From an uncultured cyanobacterium (GTDB taxonomy: Bacteria > Cyanobacteriota > Cyanobacteriia > Leptolyngbyales > Leptolyngbyaceae), in NCBI GenBank assembly GCA_963766075.1, contig CAVYAN010000005.1:1-39750 (forward strand): 39,750 bases of DNA, in the 5' to 3' direction. Positions within the stretch are counted from its first letter, which is position 1, and every line of letters starts with the position of its first letter. A program made the translations under genes and the position numbers. A model generated the notes under the pieces. That model was given only the letters and a program-made list of their open reading frames with translations, searched no databases and was not told the origin of the DNA. Below are positions 28,601 through 39,031 of the stretch, one piece after another.

Positions 28601-31600
28601 GATGAATGTGCCATCGAGAATTCCGATATGGGCTTCTACGATTTCTATTTGTTGTAGGGCAAGAGGATAGTGCTGAAACAAGAACGCCAGATGGAGTTTT
28701 CGGAACCCGAGATAAACCTGGATTTGCCGATCGTGGGAGGAAATGGTTGTTTCGTCAAAAAACCGACCGCCAATGTGAAAAGCATTGTCTATTTCAGTCG
28801 TGAGATTTTCTACAACTTGGCAGTTGCAGTCGTAGATATTGGTCATTGCGACCTGTTGCAGGCGATGCAAAGCAGGACGATTGGCGATCGCGTCCCGGAG
28901 CAAATCGGCGAGATTTGTACCGATCCAAAATGATTGGGTAAAGTATACGCAGAGACTATAGGCGGCATACTCGGCATCCCCGACCTCCAAACTCACCTGA
29001 TAGGCTTCCATCAACACCGGTAATACGGTATGTATCGACTCCTTCCGGTAGGTAATAAACCGAGTCCACAAGAATAGCGTCGGCCCTAAGGCTGCCTTGG
29101 ATGAGGTTTGGTGACATAACTCGATCGCTGCCTTGCCGATGGCATACCCCGTATCTATCCGACCCAGCTTTTCGCAGAGCAAAAAAGCGTAGATCATGTA
29201 ACCCATGGATGACTTAGGAATATTGCCATAACGTAGGTAGAAAGAGATGCCAGCGTAGGTCATGAATGGCAACATCTCTGGCCTATAGCTTTGAACGGCT
29301 GCACCCATAGCGCTGGCCAACTGGCAAGCGGCTAATTTATAAGGATTTGACATCGGGGGTAAGGCGAGCAAATCCCGTGGGGTAAGGCCCCTCATGCGGT
29401 AGACAGTAGTCAGGAATCCCACAATGGTTCGCAGTTGAGAGGCTTCTCGGGGGAGGTGCATCCCAAAACTGGGCAAAATCTGACGGGCATAGGCGATCGC
29501 CTCCCGGGCCTGATTTTGGGCCACCAGCGCGAGCAGGTGAATCTCATAGAATTTCACGCGGTCGAGCTGATTTCTAGCTTGTTTTAGCCCAATTTCAATG
29601 AGGATGGTCATCTTGGCATAGGCACCAGAGAGATAAGCAACTTCAGCCGCTAGCTGATGGACTTGCAAACTGAACCTGTATTGGGTTGCCCAAGCCTGAG
29701 CCGATAAAAGTTGCAACCCTGCATCAAGATACCTCATGGCGGCATCGTAGGCGGAAGAGGCGCGAGCTTTTTTGCCTGCTTGCCAGTTTAGTTCTGCAAG
29801 TAATTCTCGCTCTACTGGCTGATGAATGAGTGAGACGCCAAGATTGAGATGATTAACAATCTGAAATAAGTTTTCCTCACGGGCGTCGATGGGTGTGCGA
29901 TCTAACAGCAATCGACCGATATGGAGATGGGCGGCTTCTTTTTGAGTTGCAGGAATGAGGGAATAGGCCGCTTGCTGTACGCGATCGTGCAGGAATCGAT
30001 AAGCACATACGCCAGAATCCAGCATCTCAGTTTTAGCAGAAGGCTCTTTGCTGCCATTTAATTCCTGATGAACAATATCGGAGTCTTCTTGAAAAAACTT
30101 GTAGATTTGATTGAGAGGGATGATGAGTCCTGCGGCCAGTGCTGGCCATAATGCAGTAGTTACCTCAGTGGGCGATTGATCAGACACGATCGCCAATGTC
30201 TGTAAATTAAACTGCGCTCCAATACAAGCGGCCAGTTTTAGCAGTTCTTGAGTAGTGGGAGTGAGTTTCTGTAACTGCTGCGCCATAAACTCCGCGACAT
30301 CAGAGGTCAAACTTTGCACCTTAATATGACTGATATCACATTGCCAATAACCACCATTGGGATGGCGATGGATAAAACCATCTTCATACAGTGCTTTCAG
30401 AAATTGCTTGGTAAAGAATGGATAACCGTGAGTTTTTTGGTATAGCAAATCAGTTAATGGTTGTGCAAGCCAGCGATTACACCTCAACGTATTCGCAACT
30501 AATTGATTCAGAACGTAGGGACTCAAGGGTTGTAAAGCAACGCGCTGGACTCGACTCGATTTGCCAATCTGATTCACGGTTACCATCAGCGGATGAGCGG
30601 GCGATACTTCGTTATCACGATAGGTGCCCAGTATCAGTAGATATTTAGTATCTTGCATTAAGACTTGCAACAGGCTGAGGGAGGCTGCATCGGCCCATTG
30701 CAAATCATCCAAAAACATCACGAACGGATGCTGGGCGGTTGTAAAAACTTGAATGAATTTCTGGAACAAAAAATTGAATCGATTCTGTGCCGCATTACCA
30801 GAGAGCTCGATGACCGGGGGTTGATGGCCGATGATTCTCTCTAGCTCAGGGATAACGTCAATCATGACTTGACCGTTTTCACCGACTGCTTCGAGAATTT
30901 GGGTTCTCCAGGCAGCCAGTTGGATATCACTCTCACTCAGCAGTTGCCCCATTAGGTCGCGGAACGCTTGCACAAACGCAAAAAATGGAATATTGCGCTG
31001 CAACTGATCATATTTGCCCTTAATAAAATATCCGCGCTGCCTGACAATGGGTTTCTGAACTTCATTCACCACGGCAGTTTTGCCAATGCCGGAAGACCCG
31101 GTCACTAGGATTAGTTCGGTGCTACCTTGGGCAACTCGATCAAAGGCATCTAGCAAGGTTTGCACTTCCACAGCGCGACCGTAGAGTTGTTCAGGAATCA
31201 AAAAGTGATGGCTAAAATCCCTGGTAGCAATCTTAAACGGCGTAATGGTGCCAGTTTGCTTGAGGTGCTGCTGAGCAATTTCTAAGTCATACTTCAAGCC
31301 CAGGGCACTTTGGTAGCGATCTTCGGCATTCTTGGCCATCAGTTTGGCCACGATTTGCCCGATCACAAGTGGCAACTCTGGCTGCAATTCGTCCACCAAG
31401 GGGACAGGTTGTGCGAGATGACAGTGCACTAACTCCAGTGGATCGTCAGATGGGAAGGGTAATTGCCCGGTCAGTAGTTCAAAGAGCGTCACGCCCAAGG
31501 CATAAAAATCACAGCGATAGTCAATTCCTCGATTCATCCGGCCTGTTTGTTCTGGGGCCATATAGGCTAGCGTGCCTTCTAGGATGGTGGTGCTGACGAT

Positions 31601-32092
31601 GTCTTGGGTTTCGTGGGGAAGTCGTGTGGCTAACCCAAAATCGGTCAGTTTTACCTGTTGGGTGGTGGGATGAATCAGAATGTTGCCGGGTTTGATGTCT
31701 TTGTGAATGACTCGCTGGTAGTAGAGACCATCCAGAATTGTGGCGAGTTGGAGGGCGATCGCCAATATTTCAGGTAAGTTCAGGGAGTAGGTGGCAATGT
31801 AATCTAAGAGAGAAATGAACCCTTCGTCTGGCATGATGATCACGGCCCCGTTGCCGTGGGGAGCGAAGCTGATGGGTTGAATTACGCCTGCTAGATGTAG
31901 GTTTTTGGCAATGGTGTAGTCGTTATACAGGCGTGACAGGTCTTGTACGGTGGGGAAATTGTCGCTCAAAACTTTCAGTACGACAGGCTGTCGATTGGTC
32001 AATTGCAGGCCCCGATAAATCAAGGTTCTGTCTCCTTGATAAAGTAGTTGGGTGAGATGATAACCAGCAATGGGAGAAGAATCAGTGTCCAT
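25685..32092 (-). CDS. HstK-type hybrid kinase: Ser/Thr kinase, AAA/STAND ATPase, helical region, GAF, 2 PAS, histidine kinase
   Basis: HKDIKPGN, DFG, YMAPEQTGR; GSSGIGKT, FLDDLQWAD; FLHDRVQQAAY; GAF (LYLENSL); PAS/PAC (DISDRK twice); IAHEINTP, NLIDNA, GSGLG. Confidence 0.95.
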   Translation of the reverse strand: MDTDSSPIAGYHLTQLLYQGDRTLIYRGLQLTNRQPVVLKVLSDNFPTVQDLSRLYNDYTIAKNLHLAGVIQPISFAPHGNGAVIIMPDEGFISLLDYIATYSLNLPEILAIALQLATILDGLYYQRVIHKDIKPGNILIHPTTQQVKLTDFGLATRLPHETQDIVSTTILEGTLAYMAPEQTGRMNRGIDYRCDFYALGVTLFELLTGQLPFPSDDPLELVHCHLAQPVPLVDELQPELPLVIGQIVAKLMAKNAEDRYQSALGLKYDLEIAQQHLKQTGTITPFKIATRDFSHHFLIPEQLYGRAVEVQTLLDAFDRVAQGSTELILVTGSSGIGKTAVVNEVQKPIVRQRGYFIKGKYDQLQRNIPFFAFVQAFRDLMGQLLSESDIQLAAWRTQILEAVGENGQVMIDVIPELERIIGHQPPVIELSGNAAQNRFNFLFQKFIQVFTTAQHPFVMFLDDLQWADAASLSLLQVLMQDTKYLLILGTYRDNEVSPAHPLMVTVNQIGKSSRVQRVALQPLSPYVLNQLVANTLRCNRWLAQPLTDLLYQKTHGYPFFTKQFLKALYEDGFIHRHPNGGYWQCDISHIKVQSLTSDVAEFMAQQLQKLTPTTQELLKLAACIGAQFNLQTLAIVSDQSPTEVTTALWPALAAGLIIPLNQIYKFFQEDSDIVHQELNGSKEPSAKTEMLDSGVCAYRFLHDRVQQAAYSLIPATQKEAAHLHIGRLLLDRTPIDAREENLFQIVNHLNLGVSLIHQPVERELLAELNWQAGKKARASSAYDAAMRYLDAGLQLLSAQAWATQYRFSLQVHQLAAEVAYLSGAYAKMTILIEIGLKQARNQLDRVKFYEIHLLALVAQNQAREAIAYARQILPSFGMHLPREASQLRTIVGFLTTVYRMRGLTPRDLLALPPMSNPYKLAACQLASAMGAAVQSYRPEMLPFMTYAGISFYLRYGNIPKSSMGYMIYAFLLCEKLGRIDTGYAIGKAAIELCHQTSSKAALGPTLFLWTRFITYRKESIHTVLPVLMEAYQVSLEVGDAEYAAYSLCVYFTQSFWIGTNLADLLRDAIANRPALHRLQQVAMTNIYDCNCQVVENLTTEIDNAFHIGGRFFDETTISSHDRQIQVYLGFRKLHLAFLFQHYPLALQQIEIVEAHIGILDGTFIKTLFYFYAALVWLAQCSALSQKPQKANLRKVMATIKHLTKLAKSAPMNYQNKVFLLEAERLRVLGKSSQAMALYNGAIATAKEHGYIQEEALANELAARFYVDWGKEKIAQVYMTEAYYGYVRWGAIAKVADLKQRYPHLLVTILQRTYASSWPEQDTITAVSSDAEALDLATFLKASQAISGEIELEKLLETLLNITVINAGADKCVLLLQSDQTLQIVASVAAGKPTHIFSSPIPLELSDAVAISLVNQAKHSLEPIVVNDACDNPQFAGDPYLAQHQPKSILCNPILKQGQLLGVLYLENSLTVGAFTRDRLAILNILCAQAAISLENAQLYQQSQQALAHLRSSEARFQTISDNLLGVIFQICMNPEDGSSFTSYISSGCYEIYEVPAEAMISGQYSLRDFEHPDDRPQIVQVLRQSAQQLTPIREEFRIVTPTGKVKWVQVASQPKRQADGLVTWNGVLLDISDRKLLEQKQDRLLTILESSSDFIGIASLDGKIIWMNQAFYRFCNFAPNTQLTNHSIREFHPDWANELFHQKGLPQVMQQGQWFGETGLLAPNGQELPVSQRVMAHKSADGTLEYVSTIIRDISDRKATEAQLQHQTQQLAQANYQLEEYSQTLEARVAERTEELSQALTDLQATQAELIQFEKMAALGQLTASIAHEINTPLGVIRGATSNMMAGFHATLHQLPMLLQKLSPQQHADFLALVSTALHPQPALSTREERQQRRQFQTALETQGISNVHTIATQLTLLQLGGSALTSYQSILQAPNCHEILQVACNLVLQSQSALNIQQEVNRAAKIVFALKTYSHRSDASEQSLVQITDSLEVALTLYQNRLNQGIKVVRYYDAVSPILCNPDELTQVWVNLIDNALHAMPEQGQLELQVIQQANQVAVSVTDSGGGIPEAIQSRIFEPFFTTKLRGEGSGLGMDIVRQIVQKHAGDIQVHSQSGQTTFTVWLPLPNAQPHDSS

Positions 32093-32369
32093 CGTGCCTG
32101 AACAGCGCTGTTATTAGTATCTTTACTGGCTTATCATAGCGGCTATAAAATTACTGGACAATAGGCAGAGTAGCTAGTAGGCGAGGACTCTATGGGAGGT
32201 AGGGGCAACATGTCCTTCCCTCAATCATCTCCTCATTACGCCGTGCTTGGGTCAATCATGAGTTTGATAATTTGTTCACTTTCGACGGCTCCCAGAATTC
32301 CTAGCTATCCCCGTTCTGCCGCACTCCCTAAAACCTCAAATACTTCCCAGGGCACCCATGCGGCATCGC

Positions 32370-33604
32370 TCATCCCTGTATATCTTGGGTCCCCAGTGGG
32401 TGGGCCCCTTCTGGGGTGACTCCGGGCAATTCCGGTAAAGTCGGCGCAGGAGTTGGGGTGAGATAGCGTTCCAATGGGGTCGCGAGGGCAATTAATCCAG
32501 GTAGCATCAGATTAATCAGCATAATCCTGAACAAGTGGGCGCTGGCAACAATTTCGACATTGAGATCGAGGGTTGTAGCAATCCAAATCATCTCTGGAGA
32601 ACCGCCTGGAGCAGTCACGAGCAAGCAGGTGAGCCAATCCCAATCGGTGAGCCGGTGGGCGATCGCTGCCGCCCCGAACCCGGCCAAAAAGGTGAGGAAC
32701 ACAGGCACAATCGCGCGGGCGATCGTCATTTTATTCAGCGTATTAGACGTGCTACTCCAATACTCCCCAATCGTAATTCCCAACAACACTTGGCCCAGAA
32801 TATTCAACGCCTTAGGTAATCTAAAATCCTCAATGACGCCCAGGGAAAATACCCCGCACAGGGCATTGACAGCCCCATTAAACAGAACCCCTACCAAAAT
32901 CGCACAAAAGAATGTGGCTACCGGAATTTTGAGGGCCTGACCCAAGGGAATCACCGCTGCCGTTACAGCCAAGATCAGGGGAATTAGCAGTAGGGTCTGA
33001 GGGTCCGTATGGCTGATCTCCTGGGTGAACGCCGCCAAGGTTTCCTGCCAATGCTCCGCTGGTACCCCCGGTATCAGTAAGGGTACCCCCCCAATGACTG
33101 CCGTAAACCGCAGCAACTGCACCAAAGACACCAACGTGGGATCCTTGCCATAGTCCGCCGCAATCGTAGCCATAATGCCAATATTGCCGGGTGTTGTGGC
33201 CAGTACCGCCGTCACCCAATCGGTCTGCTGGTAACGGGCATAGAGATAAGCCACCCCACTCCCACTGCCTAACAGCACCAAGCCCAGCAGCAGAAATAAC
33301 GGCAATTGGGGCAGCAGCGTGGCCAAATCGCGATGCTGAATGGCCAATCCGGCAGTCAGCCCGACCAAAACCTGCCCTAGCTTGCGGGCACTGCGATTGG
33401 GTTGGGCCTGGGCATTGATCCGGGCCCGGTAGGCAGAAAAGGCAAGGGCTCCTGCCCCAATGCCGCCCAGCATCCAAGCACCGCCGCTGCACCCGAGGGC
33501 GATAAATCCCATGCCGAGGACGATCGTCAGGATCGTTCTAGGATCACCACCAGCAGTTTTACGGCCCTGCGATCGCCCAATTTTGGCAGGATCTGCTCCG
33601 TCAC
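32370..33604 (-). CDS. AbrB-family (putative ammonia monooxygenase-like) membrane protein; probable one-base frameshift at ~33535
   Basis: Duplicated halves with GQVLVG/GQVLLG and TPGN/APGG motifs. A better start is GTG 33604 with AGGTGAGG SD, reading MTEQILPKLGDRRAVKLLVVILE and joining (L)ILTIVLGMGF with one added base. Confidence 0.8.
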
Positions 33605-33658
33605 GTACCCATGCCTCACCTGTAATGACAGCCAATACAGACCATCATACGGTCGAAC

Positions 33659-34450
33659 CTACAGGCCGTTGGCAATTTCCGAGAGTTTTCGTTCTGGGTT
33701 ATCCGTTGTAGCAAGGCTGTCCGCCTGCGTGAGCAAGGCGTGCAACTCCGCCGTTACTTGGGGATTGGCAGGCTCTTGGCGACGCGCTTGCAACAGGGCA
33801 TCCAAGGCGTCATACCAAATACCATTTTCAGCATACAGAACCGCCTGCTCCACCAGGGATTTGCCAATGACTTGGGTCTGCAAAGCAGGCTGATCCGTGA
33901 CTTCTATGAAACTGCGGGCAGTAATTTCACTGGCTGGACTATTGGGACAAACCGCCCATAGGGTCCAACGATAGCGAATACCGGGCTTAAGCTGCACATG
34001 AGCAGGCAAAACCATTCTGAAGATCCCCGGTTTTGCCATGGGCACGTCCTGGATCACCAGCGGCTCTGCCGCACTCGGATCAGACAGAATAAACTTGACC
34101 GCTATGGCCTGTGTGGTATCCGTATGCCAGTGCAGAGCGGGCCGGACGGCAGTGGTCAGTAAGCGGGTGTTTCCACTGGGGACCAAAGGCGTAATCGTCG
34201 TCGGGTGCAGAGGGTCAGCGGCTGTGCAAGTGGGGATCGCCTGCCCCCGTCGTCCACCGGAAAGCGTACTGCCAATGCTGCCCATGTTCCGCTTGGGCTG
34301 CCAGCGCACTCTGGGATGCGAGTTGGGGACTGGGGCGATCGGGGGTTGCGCCGTTGCAGGACAATATCCACCGATTATTAGAACATCAAGAAAGCAGATG
34401 CTAGCCAGTATCGAGACGGTCAGAACCAAACTGGGTTTGAATTGTAACAT
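33659..34450 (-). CDS. DUF928 domain-containing exported protein
   Basis: Signal-like N-terminus, SGGRRG..C, PLVP, LKPGIRYRWTL..C, YAENGIWYDAL. Confidence 0.85.
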   Translation of the reverse strand: MLQFKPSLVLTVSILASICFLDVLIIGGYCPATAQPPIAPVPNSHPRVRWQPKRNMGSIGSTLSGGRRGQAIPTCTAADPLHPTTITPLVPSGNTRLLTTAVRPALHWHTDTTQAIAVKFILSDPSAAEPLVIQDVPMAKPGIFRMVLPAHVQLKPGIRYRWTLWAVCPNSPASEITARSFIEVTDQPALQTQVIGKSLVEQAVLYAENGIWYDALDALLQARRQEPANPQVTAELHALLTQADSLATTDNPERKLSEIANGL

Positions 34451-34850
34451 AGGGGGAAGATCGTCCTGATGGCATGGGGGGATGAAGCAGCAGCAGCGGG
34501 TTGGGTCCGTGATGGGGGAAAGCTACGCACAGGCATAGCCCATACCGGACAGCGCTAAACCAGAATCTATTGATGGTACCCACAACGGTGGACTGAATAT
34601 AGCACCCACCTGAACCTTCATGATCTCGACAAAATCACTCAGATGATGTGCAACTCAGAGCACAGGCGATTCAGAGCTTTCGGGACTCAACTGTCATACA
34701 AGCCAGCCACCTGCCGATCCGGATAAAGTCTGGAAAATTGTGGCAGCATACTTTCATGTTCCAATTTTCATGTTCCGATTCAGCAGAGCCTCAGGGGCCT
34801 AGCGGGCCTAACGACATTGCTGACTTTAATCATTTTGGTGCTGGCTATCT

Positions 34851-36603
34851 ATGAAAACAGGACGTGAGAAGGGTCAAGGGCATCATCGAATTGTGCTGGG
34901 CTCCGGTTTGGTTGCCGCCTGTGGAGTAGTGCTGCTGCGATGCGTGGGGATGTTGCAAATCTGGGAACTCACGGTGTTTGATCGGTTGTTGCAACTGCGG
35001 CCCGCAGAAAAGCCAGATACCCGGATCGTGCTGGTCCAGGTGGGGGAGGCGGATCTGCAAAAGCTGGGGAATGCCACCCTGTCGGATCGCGTAATTGCCC
35101 AGTTGCTCCAGCGGATTAAGGCCCAAGCCCCTCGGGTGATTGGCCTTGATCTGTATCGGAATTTGCCCATGGAACCGGGGCATGAAGTCCTCCTTCAAGT
35201 ATTCAAGTCCACACCCAATCTGATTGGCATTCAAAAAGTAATTGGCACGGCAGAACTGGCCGCAGTACCTGGAAATCCGGTGTTGCTGCAAGCGGGGCAA
35301 CTGGCTGCGAGTGATTTGGCAGTCGATTTTGATGGGCGGGTGCGGCGCGGGTTGCTGTTTCCCAAGGTGGTTGCCGATGGGTCTGTTGCCATCGAGGGCA
35401 TTGGGCTGCGGGTGGCGTTGGACTATCTCGCTGGGGAGGGAATTGAACCCGATGCCCAGGCCCAGTGGCTACAGCTCAATGGGGTCAAGTTTCCAGAGTT
35501 GCTAGCCAACGCGGGGGGCTACGTGGGAGCTGATACACGGGGCTATCAAATTTTGCTGAATCACCGGAGTGGCGGACAGCAATTTCTAGCGGTGTCTGCT
35601 TCGGAAGTTTTGGCGGGTAGAGTGCCACCGTGGCTGATGCGGGATCGGGTGGTGATGGTGGGCAGTACTGCGGTGGGAGATGCTGATGTGTTTTTTACAT
35701 CCTATAGTTCGTCGCTGGGGGGGATGGGAGGGCAGCCTCGGACGATGTTTGGGGTGGAACTGCATGCGACGCTGGCTAGCCAAATTATCAGTGCGGTGTT
35801 GGATGGGCGATCGCTGAATTTGGGCTTTGCCGAAGTGGATAGAGTTTGGGTTGATTTTGCTGGTGGCCTGTGGCAGCAGTTGGATTTATGGTCAACGGTT
35901 TTCGCCCTGGCGCAAGTGGGGACTGATTGCGGGCCTAGTGGGTCTTCTCAGCTTGGGGAGTTACGGGGGATTGGTGCTGGCGGGGTGGTGGGTGCCGCTG
36001 GTGCCGCTGCTATTGGCGATCGCCTTGGGAACGGCGGGGATGTTGGTCTACGATGCGCGGCAGTTGCGGGCATTGTCTACCCGCGATGAGCTTACCCGAT
36101 TGGCCAATCGGCGCGTGTTTAATGAGGCGCTGGAGCGGGAGTGGTGGCGGGCTTTGCGATCGCAAACATCCTTGGCTTTAATTATGTGTGATGTGGATTA
36201 TTTCAAAATCTATAACGATACCTATGGGCACCCCCAGGGGGATGAATGTTTACGCCAGGTGGCCCAAGCTTTGCAGACTGCCCTACAGCGTCCGGCGGAT
36301 TTAGCGGCGCGCTATGGCGGGGAAGAATTTGCGATTTTGCTGCCCAATACGGATGGGACCGGGGCTGTCCAGGTGGCGGAAAAGCTGCGGGACGCGGTGC
36401 GATCGCGGCGATTGGCCCACGGCGGTTCCCAGGTTTCCGATTGTGTCACCCTCAGTTTTGGGGTGGCGAGTATGATTCCGGTGCCGCATTGGCTGCCGAC
36501 GGGGTTGGTGAAGGTTGCGGATTCGGGGCTGTATGCAGCGAAGCAGCAGGGACGGAATCGGGTGGTGCTGGTAACGGGGGAACTGCTGGATTCACGATTT
36601 TGA
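34851..36603 (+). CDS. CHASE2-domain diguanylate cyclase (GGDEF); extra A at 35817-35818
   Basis: CHASE2 motifs (DTRIVLVQVGEADL, PRVIGLDLYR, DFDGRVRR, GVELHA). Removing one A gives RSLIWALPKWIE, 3 TM, DELTRLANRR, DVDYFK.YND.YGH..GD, I-site RPAD and GGEEF. Confidence 0.9.
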
Positions 36604-37267
36604 GCATTTGGTTACCGCCGACTTGAAGTTCGTAGGGAACGGTTTCGACGGTGGCGTGGTAGCCGAGGTGGGTAAGCTCTTGGATCAGGGGAGCCACATA
36701 GGGCGAGGGATGAAGGGCGAGGGTCATCAAGGGAAAAACTCGGACTTCGGGACTGATGCGCAGCATTTCCAGGAGCGATCGCCGATGGAAGTCATAGTCG
36801 TAATGGTCGGAGTAGAGAAACAGAAAATGGGAGCAGAGGGCTAAGTCAAAGCAGTTATCCGCCCAAGGCAGATGGGGCAATTCCCCGACGATATAGCGCC
36901 CTTGGGCCTTGCCGAGATCATAGTCCGCCAGGAATGTGTCAATGGCCTGGATGCGGCGTTGGCGAAGCGCTTCGGGGGATTGGTGATAGGTCCATACCCA
37001 GTCATTGGGCGTGGCCTTGACCTGGTTAATGATGCGATCGACGACGGCATCAAAGCGGTGCCGAATGTCTGCGCCCGTGAATTGATAGACCGGATCGACG
37101 GAAATTACGGGATTTCCCTGGTGCGCCAGTTCAGCGTTGAAGCTGGCTGGACCGTCGCCGATGCCGACAATGCGGCGATGCAAATCGGCCCCATCCAGGT
37201 TAAACATGTGCCTGTATTCAGACAGCGATCGCCCAAAGGGGACAACCGATTCGAGCACCATGGCCAT
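36452..37267 (-). CDS. Class I SAM-dependent methyltransferase-like protein (3' end uncertain)
   Basis: PFGRSLSEYRHMF, GIGDGPASFNAE, FDLALCSHFLFLYS, EVRVFPL, YELQVGGNQML. The last ~50 codons overlap the cyclase antisense. Confidence 0.8.
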   Translation of the reverse strand: MAMVLESVVPFGRSLSEYRHMFNLDGADLHRRIVGIGDGPASFNAELAHQGNPVISVDPVYQFTGADIRHRFDAVVDRIINQVKATPNDWVWTYHQSPEALRQRRIQAIDTFLADYDLGKAQGRYIVGELPHLPWADNCFDLALCSHFLFLYSDHYDYDFHRRSLLEMLRISPEVRVFPLMTLALHPSPYVAPLIQELTHLGYHATVETVPYELQVGGNQMLKIVNPAVPPLPAPPDSVPAASLHTAPNPQPSPTPSAANAAPESYSPPQN

Positions 37268-37364
37268 AATGCACTGTGGGAAAGGAAATCCGAAAGTTGG
37301 GAATTACTTGGGATTATAGGCTGTAGCTTGAGATAATAGGGGATATTTGTTTCATGCTGAATTC

Positions 37365-39002
37365 ATGGCTGTTTCTCCTTTTGCGGCTGAGCGTTTGCTG
37401 TTTGACCCGGCCACACCGAGGGCGGATGCAGTGCCTGTTGTTTTTGCGTTTCCCAATGAGTACACGGTCGGCATTACCAGTTTGGGGTACCAAATTGTGT
37501 GGGCCACGTTGGCTCTGCGGCAGGATGTGCGGGTGAGTCGGTTGTTTACGGATGTGCAGGAGTCGTTGCCGGAAGCGCCGGAACTGTTGGGATTTTCGGT
37601 GTCGTGGGAGTTGGATTATGTGAATGTATTGGGCTTGCTGGAGCGTTTGGATGTGCCCTTGCGGGCGGGCGATCGCACATCCTCCCATCCCCTAGTGTTT
37701 GGCGGTGGCCCCGTACTGACGGCGAATCCCGAACCCTTTGCGGATTTCTTTGATGTGATTTTACTGGGGGATGGCGAGCTGCTGCTGGGAGAATTTATCA
37801 CGGCCTATCATGCTGTGCGGCAGGCCGATCGCGCCACGCAACTGCGGCATTTGGCCCAGGTGCCGGGGATTTACATTCCCAGTTTGTATGCGGTTACCTA
37901 TGCCAGTGCCGAGGGGGCGATCGCGGCGATTGTGCCCGTGAATGCCACTATTCCGGTCCAGGTCCAAAAACAGACCTATCGGGGCAATGTGCTCTCTGCC
38001 TCCACGGTGGTGACGGAAAAGGCCGCCTGGGAAAATATTTTCATGGTGGAGGTGGTCCGAAGTTGTCCGGAAATGTGTCGGTTTTGCCTCGCGAGCTATC
38101 TGACGCTGCCGTTTCGGGCGGCCAGTATGGAGCAGTCCTTAATCCCCGCGATTCAGCAGGGCCTGAAAGTCACCGATCGCCTGGGTTTTTTGGGGGCTTC
38201 GGTCACACAGCATCCAGAGTTTGAAACCTTGTTGGAGTACATCAATCGTCCGGAATACGATCAGGTTCGCCTCAGTTTATCGTCCGTTCGTACCAACACC
38301 GTCACCCCACAGCTCGCCCAAACCTTGGTGAAGCATGACAGTCGATCGATCACCATTGCGGTGGAAAGCGGCAGCGATCGCCTACGGCAGATTGTCAACA
38401 AAAAACTCACCAATGACGAAATTATCCAAGCGGGCATCAACGCCAAAGCGGGCGGACTCAGTGCTCTAAAACTCTACGGCATGGTGGGCCTTCCCGGTGA
38501 GGCCCCGGAAGATGCCGAGGCAACCGTCTCAATGATGAAATCCCTCAAGAAAGCCGCCCCTGGTTTGCGCCTAACCCTCGGATGCAGCACCTTTGTGCCC
38601 AAGGCGCACACGCCCTTTCAATGGTTTGGGGTGAATCCAGAGGCCGAAAAACGTTTGCAGGGCTTGCAGAAGCAATTGCGATCGCAGGGCATGGATTTTC
38701 GTCCGGAAAGCTATAGCTGGTCGGTGATTCAAGCCTTGATTTCCCGAGGCGATTGCCGCCTGTCCCCCCTGCTGGAACTGACACGCCACTATGGGGACTC
38801 TCTGGGCAGCTATCGCCGCGCCTTTAAAGAACTGCGGGGGACATTGCCACCCTTGGAATTCTACGTGCATGATACCTGGCACCCTGACCAGGTACTGCCG
38901 TGGAGCCATTTACAAGGTCCCTTGCCGGATAGTACCTTGCTGAAGCATTTGGCCAGCGCCATGGAGCACTTCCCTACGCCGACCCCCGTATCGGTCAGCT
39001 AA
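37365..39002 (+). CDS. B12-binding-like domain radical SAM protein
   Basis: FPNEY..GITSLGYQ, GGGP..TANPEP, EVVRSCPEMCRFC (CxxxCxxC), AVESGSDRLR, KLYGMVGLPGE, FVPKAHTPFQW. Confidence 0.9.
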   Translation: MAVSPFAAERLLFDPATPRADAVPVVFAFPNEYTVGITSLGYQIVWATLALRQDVRVSRLFTDVQESLPEAPELLGFSVSWELDYVNVLGLLERLDVPLRAGDRTSSHPLVFGGGPVLTANPEPFADFFDVILLGDGELLLGEFITAYHAVRQADRATQLRHLAQVPGIYIPSLYAVTYASAEGAIAAIVPVNATIPVQVQKQTYRGNVLSASTVVTEKAAWENIFMVEVVRSCPEMCRFCLASYLTLPFRAASMEQSLIPAIQQGLKVTDRLGFLGASVTQHPEFETLLEYINRPEYDQVRLSLSSVRTNTVTPQLAQTLVKHDSRSITIAVESGSDRLRQIVNKKLTNDEIIQAGINAKAGGLSALKLYGMVGLPGEAPEDAEATVSMMKSLKKAAPGLRLTLGCSTFVPKAHTPFQWFGVNPEAEKRLQGLQKQLRSQGMDFRPESYSWSVIQALISRGDCRLSPLLELTRHYGDSLGSYRRAFKELRGTLPPLEFYVHDTWHPDQVLPWSHLQGPLPDSTLLKHLASAMEHFPTPTPVSVS

Positions 39003-39031
39003 GGGTATACAAGGTAGCACAAGGCTCCATC

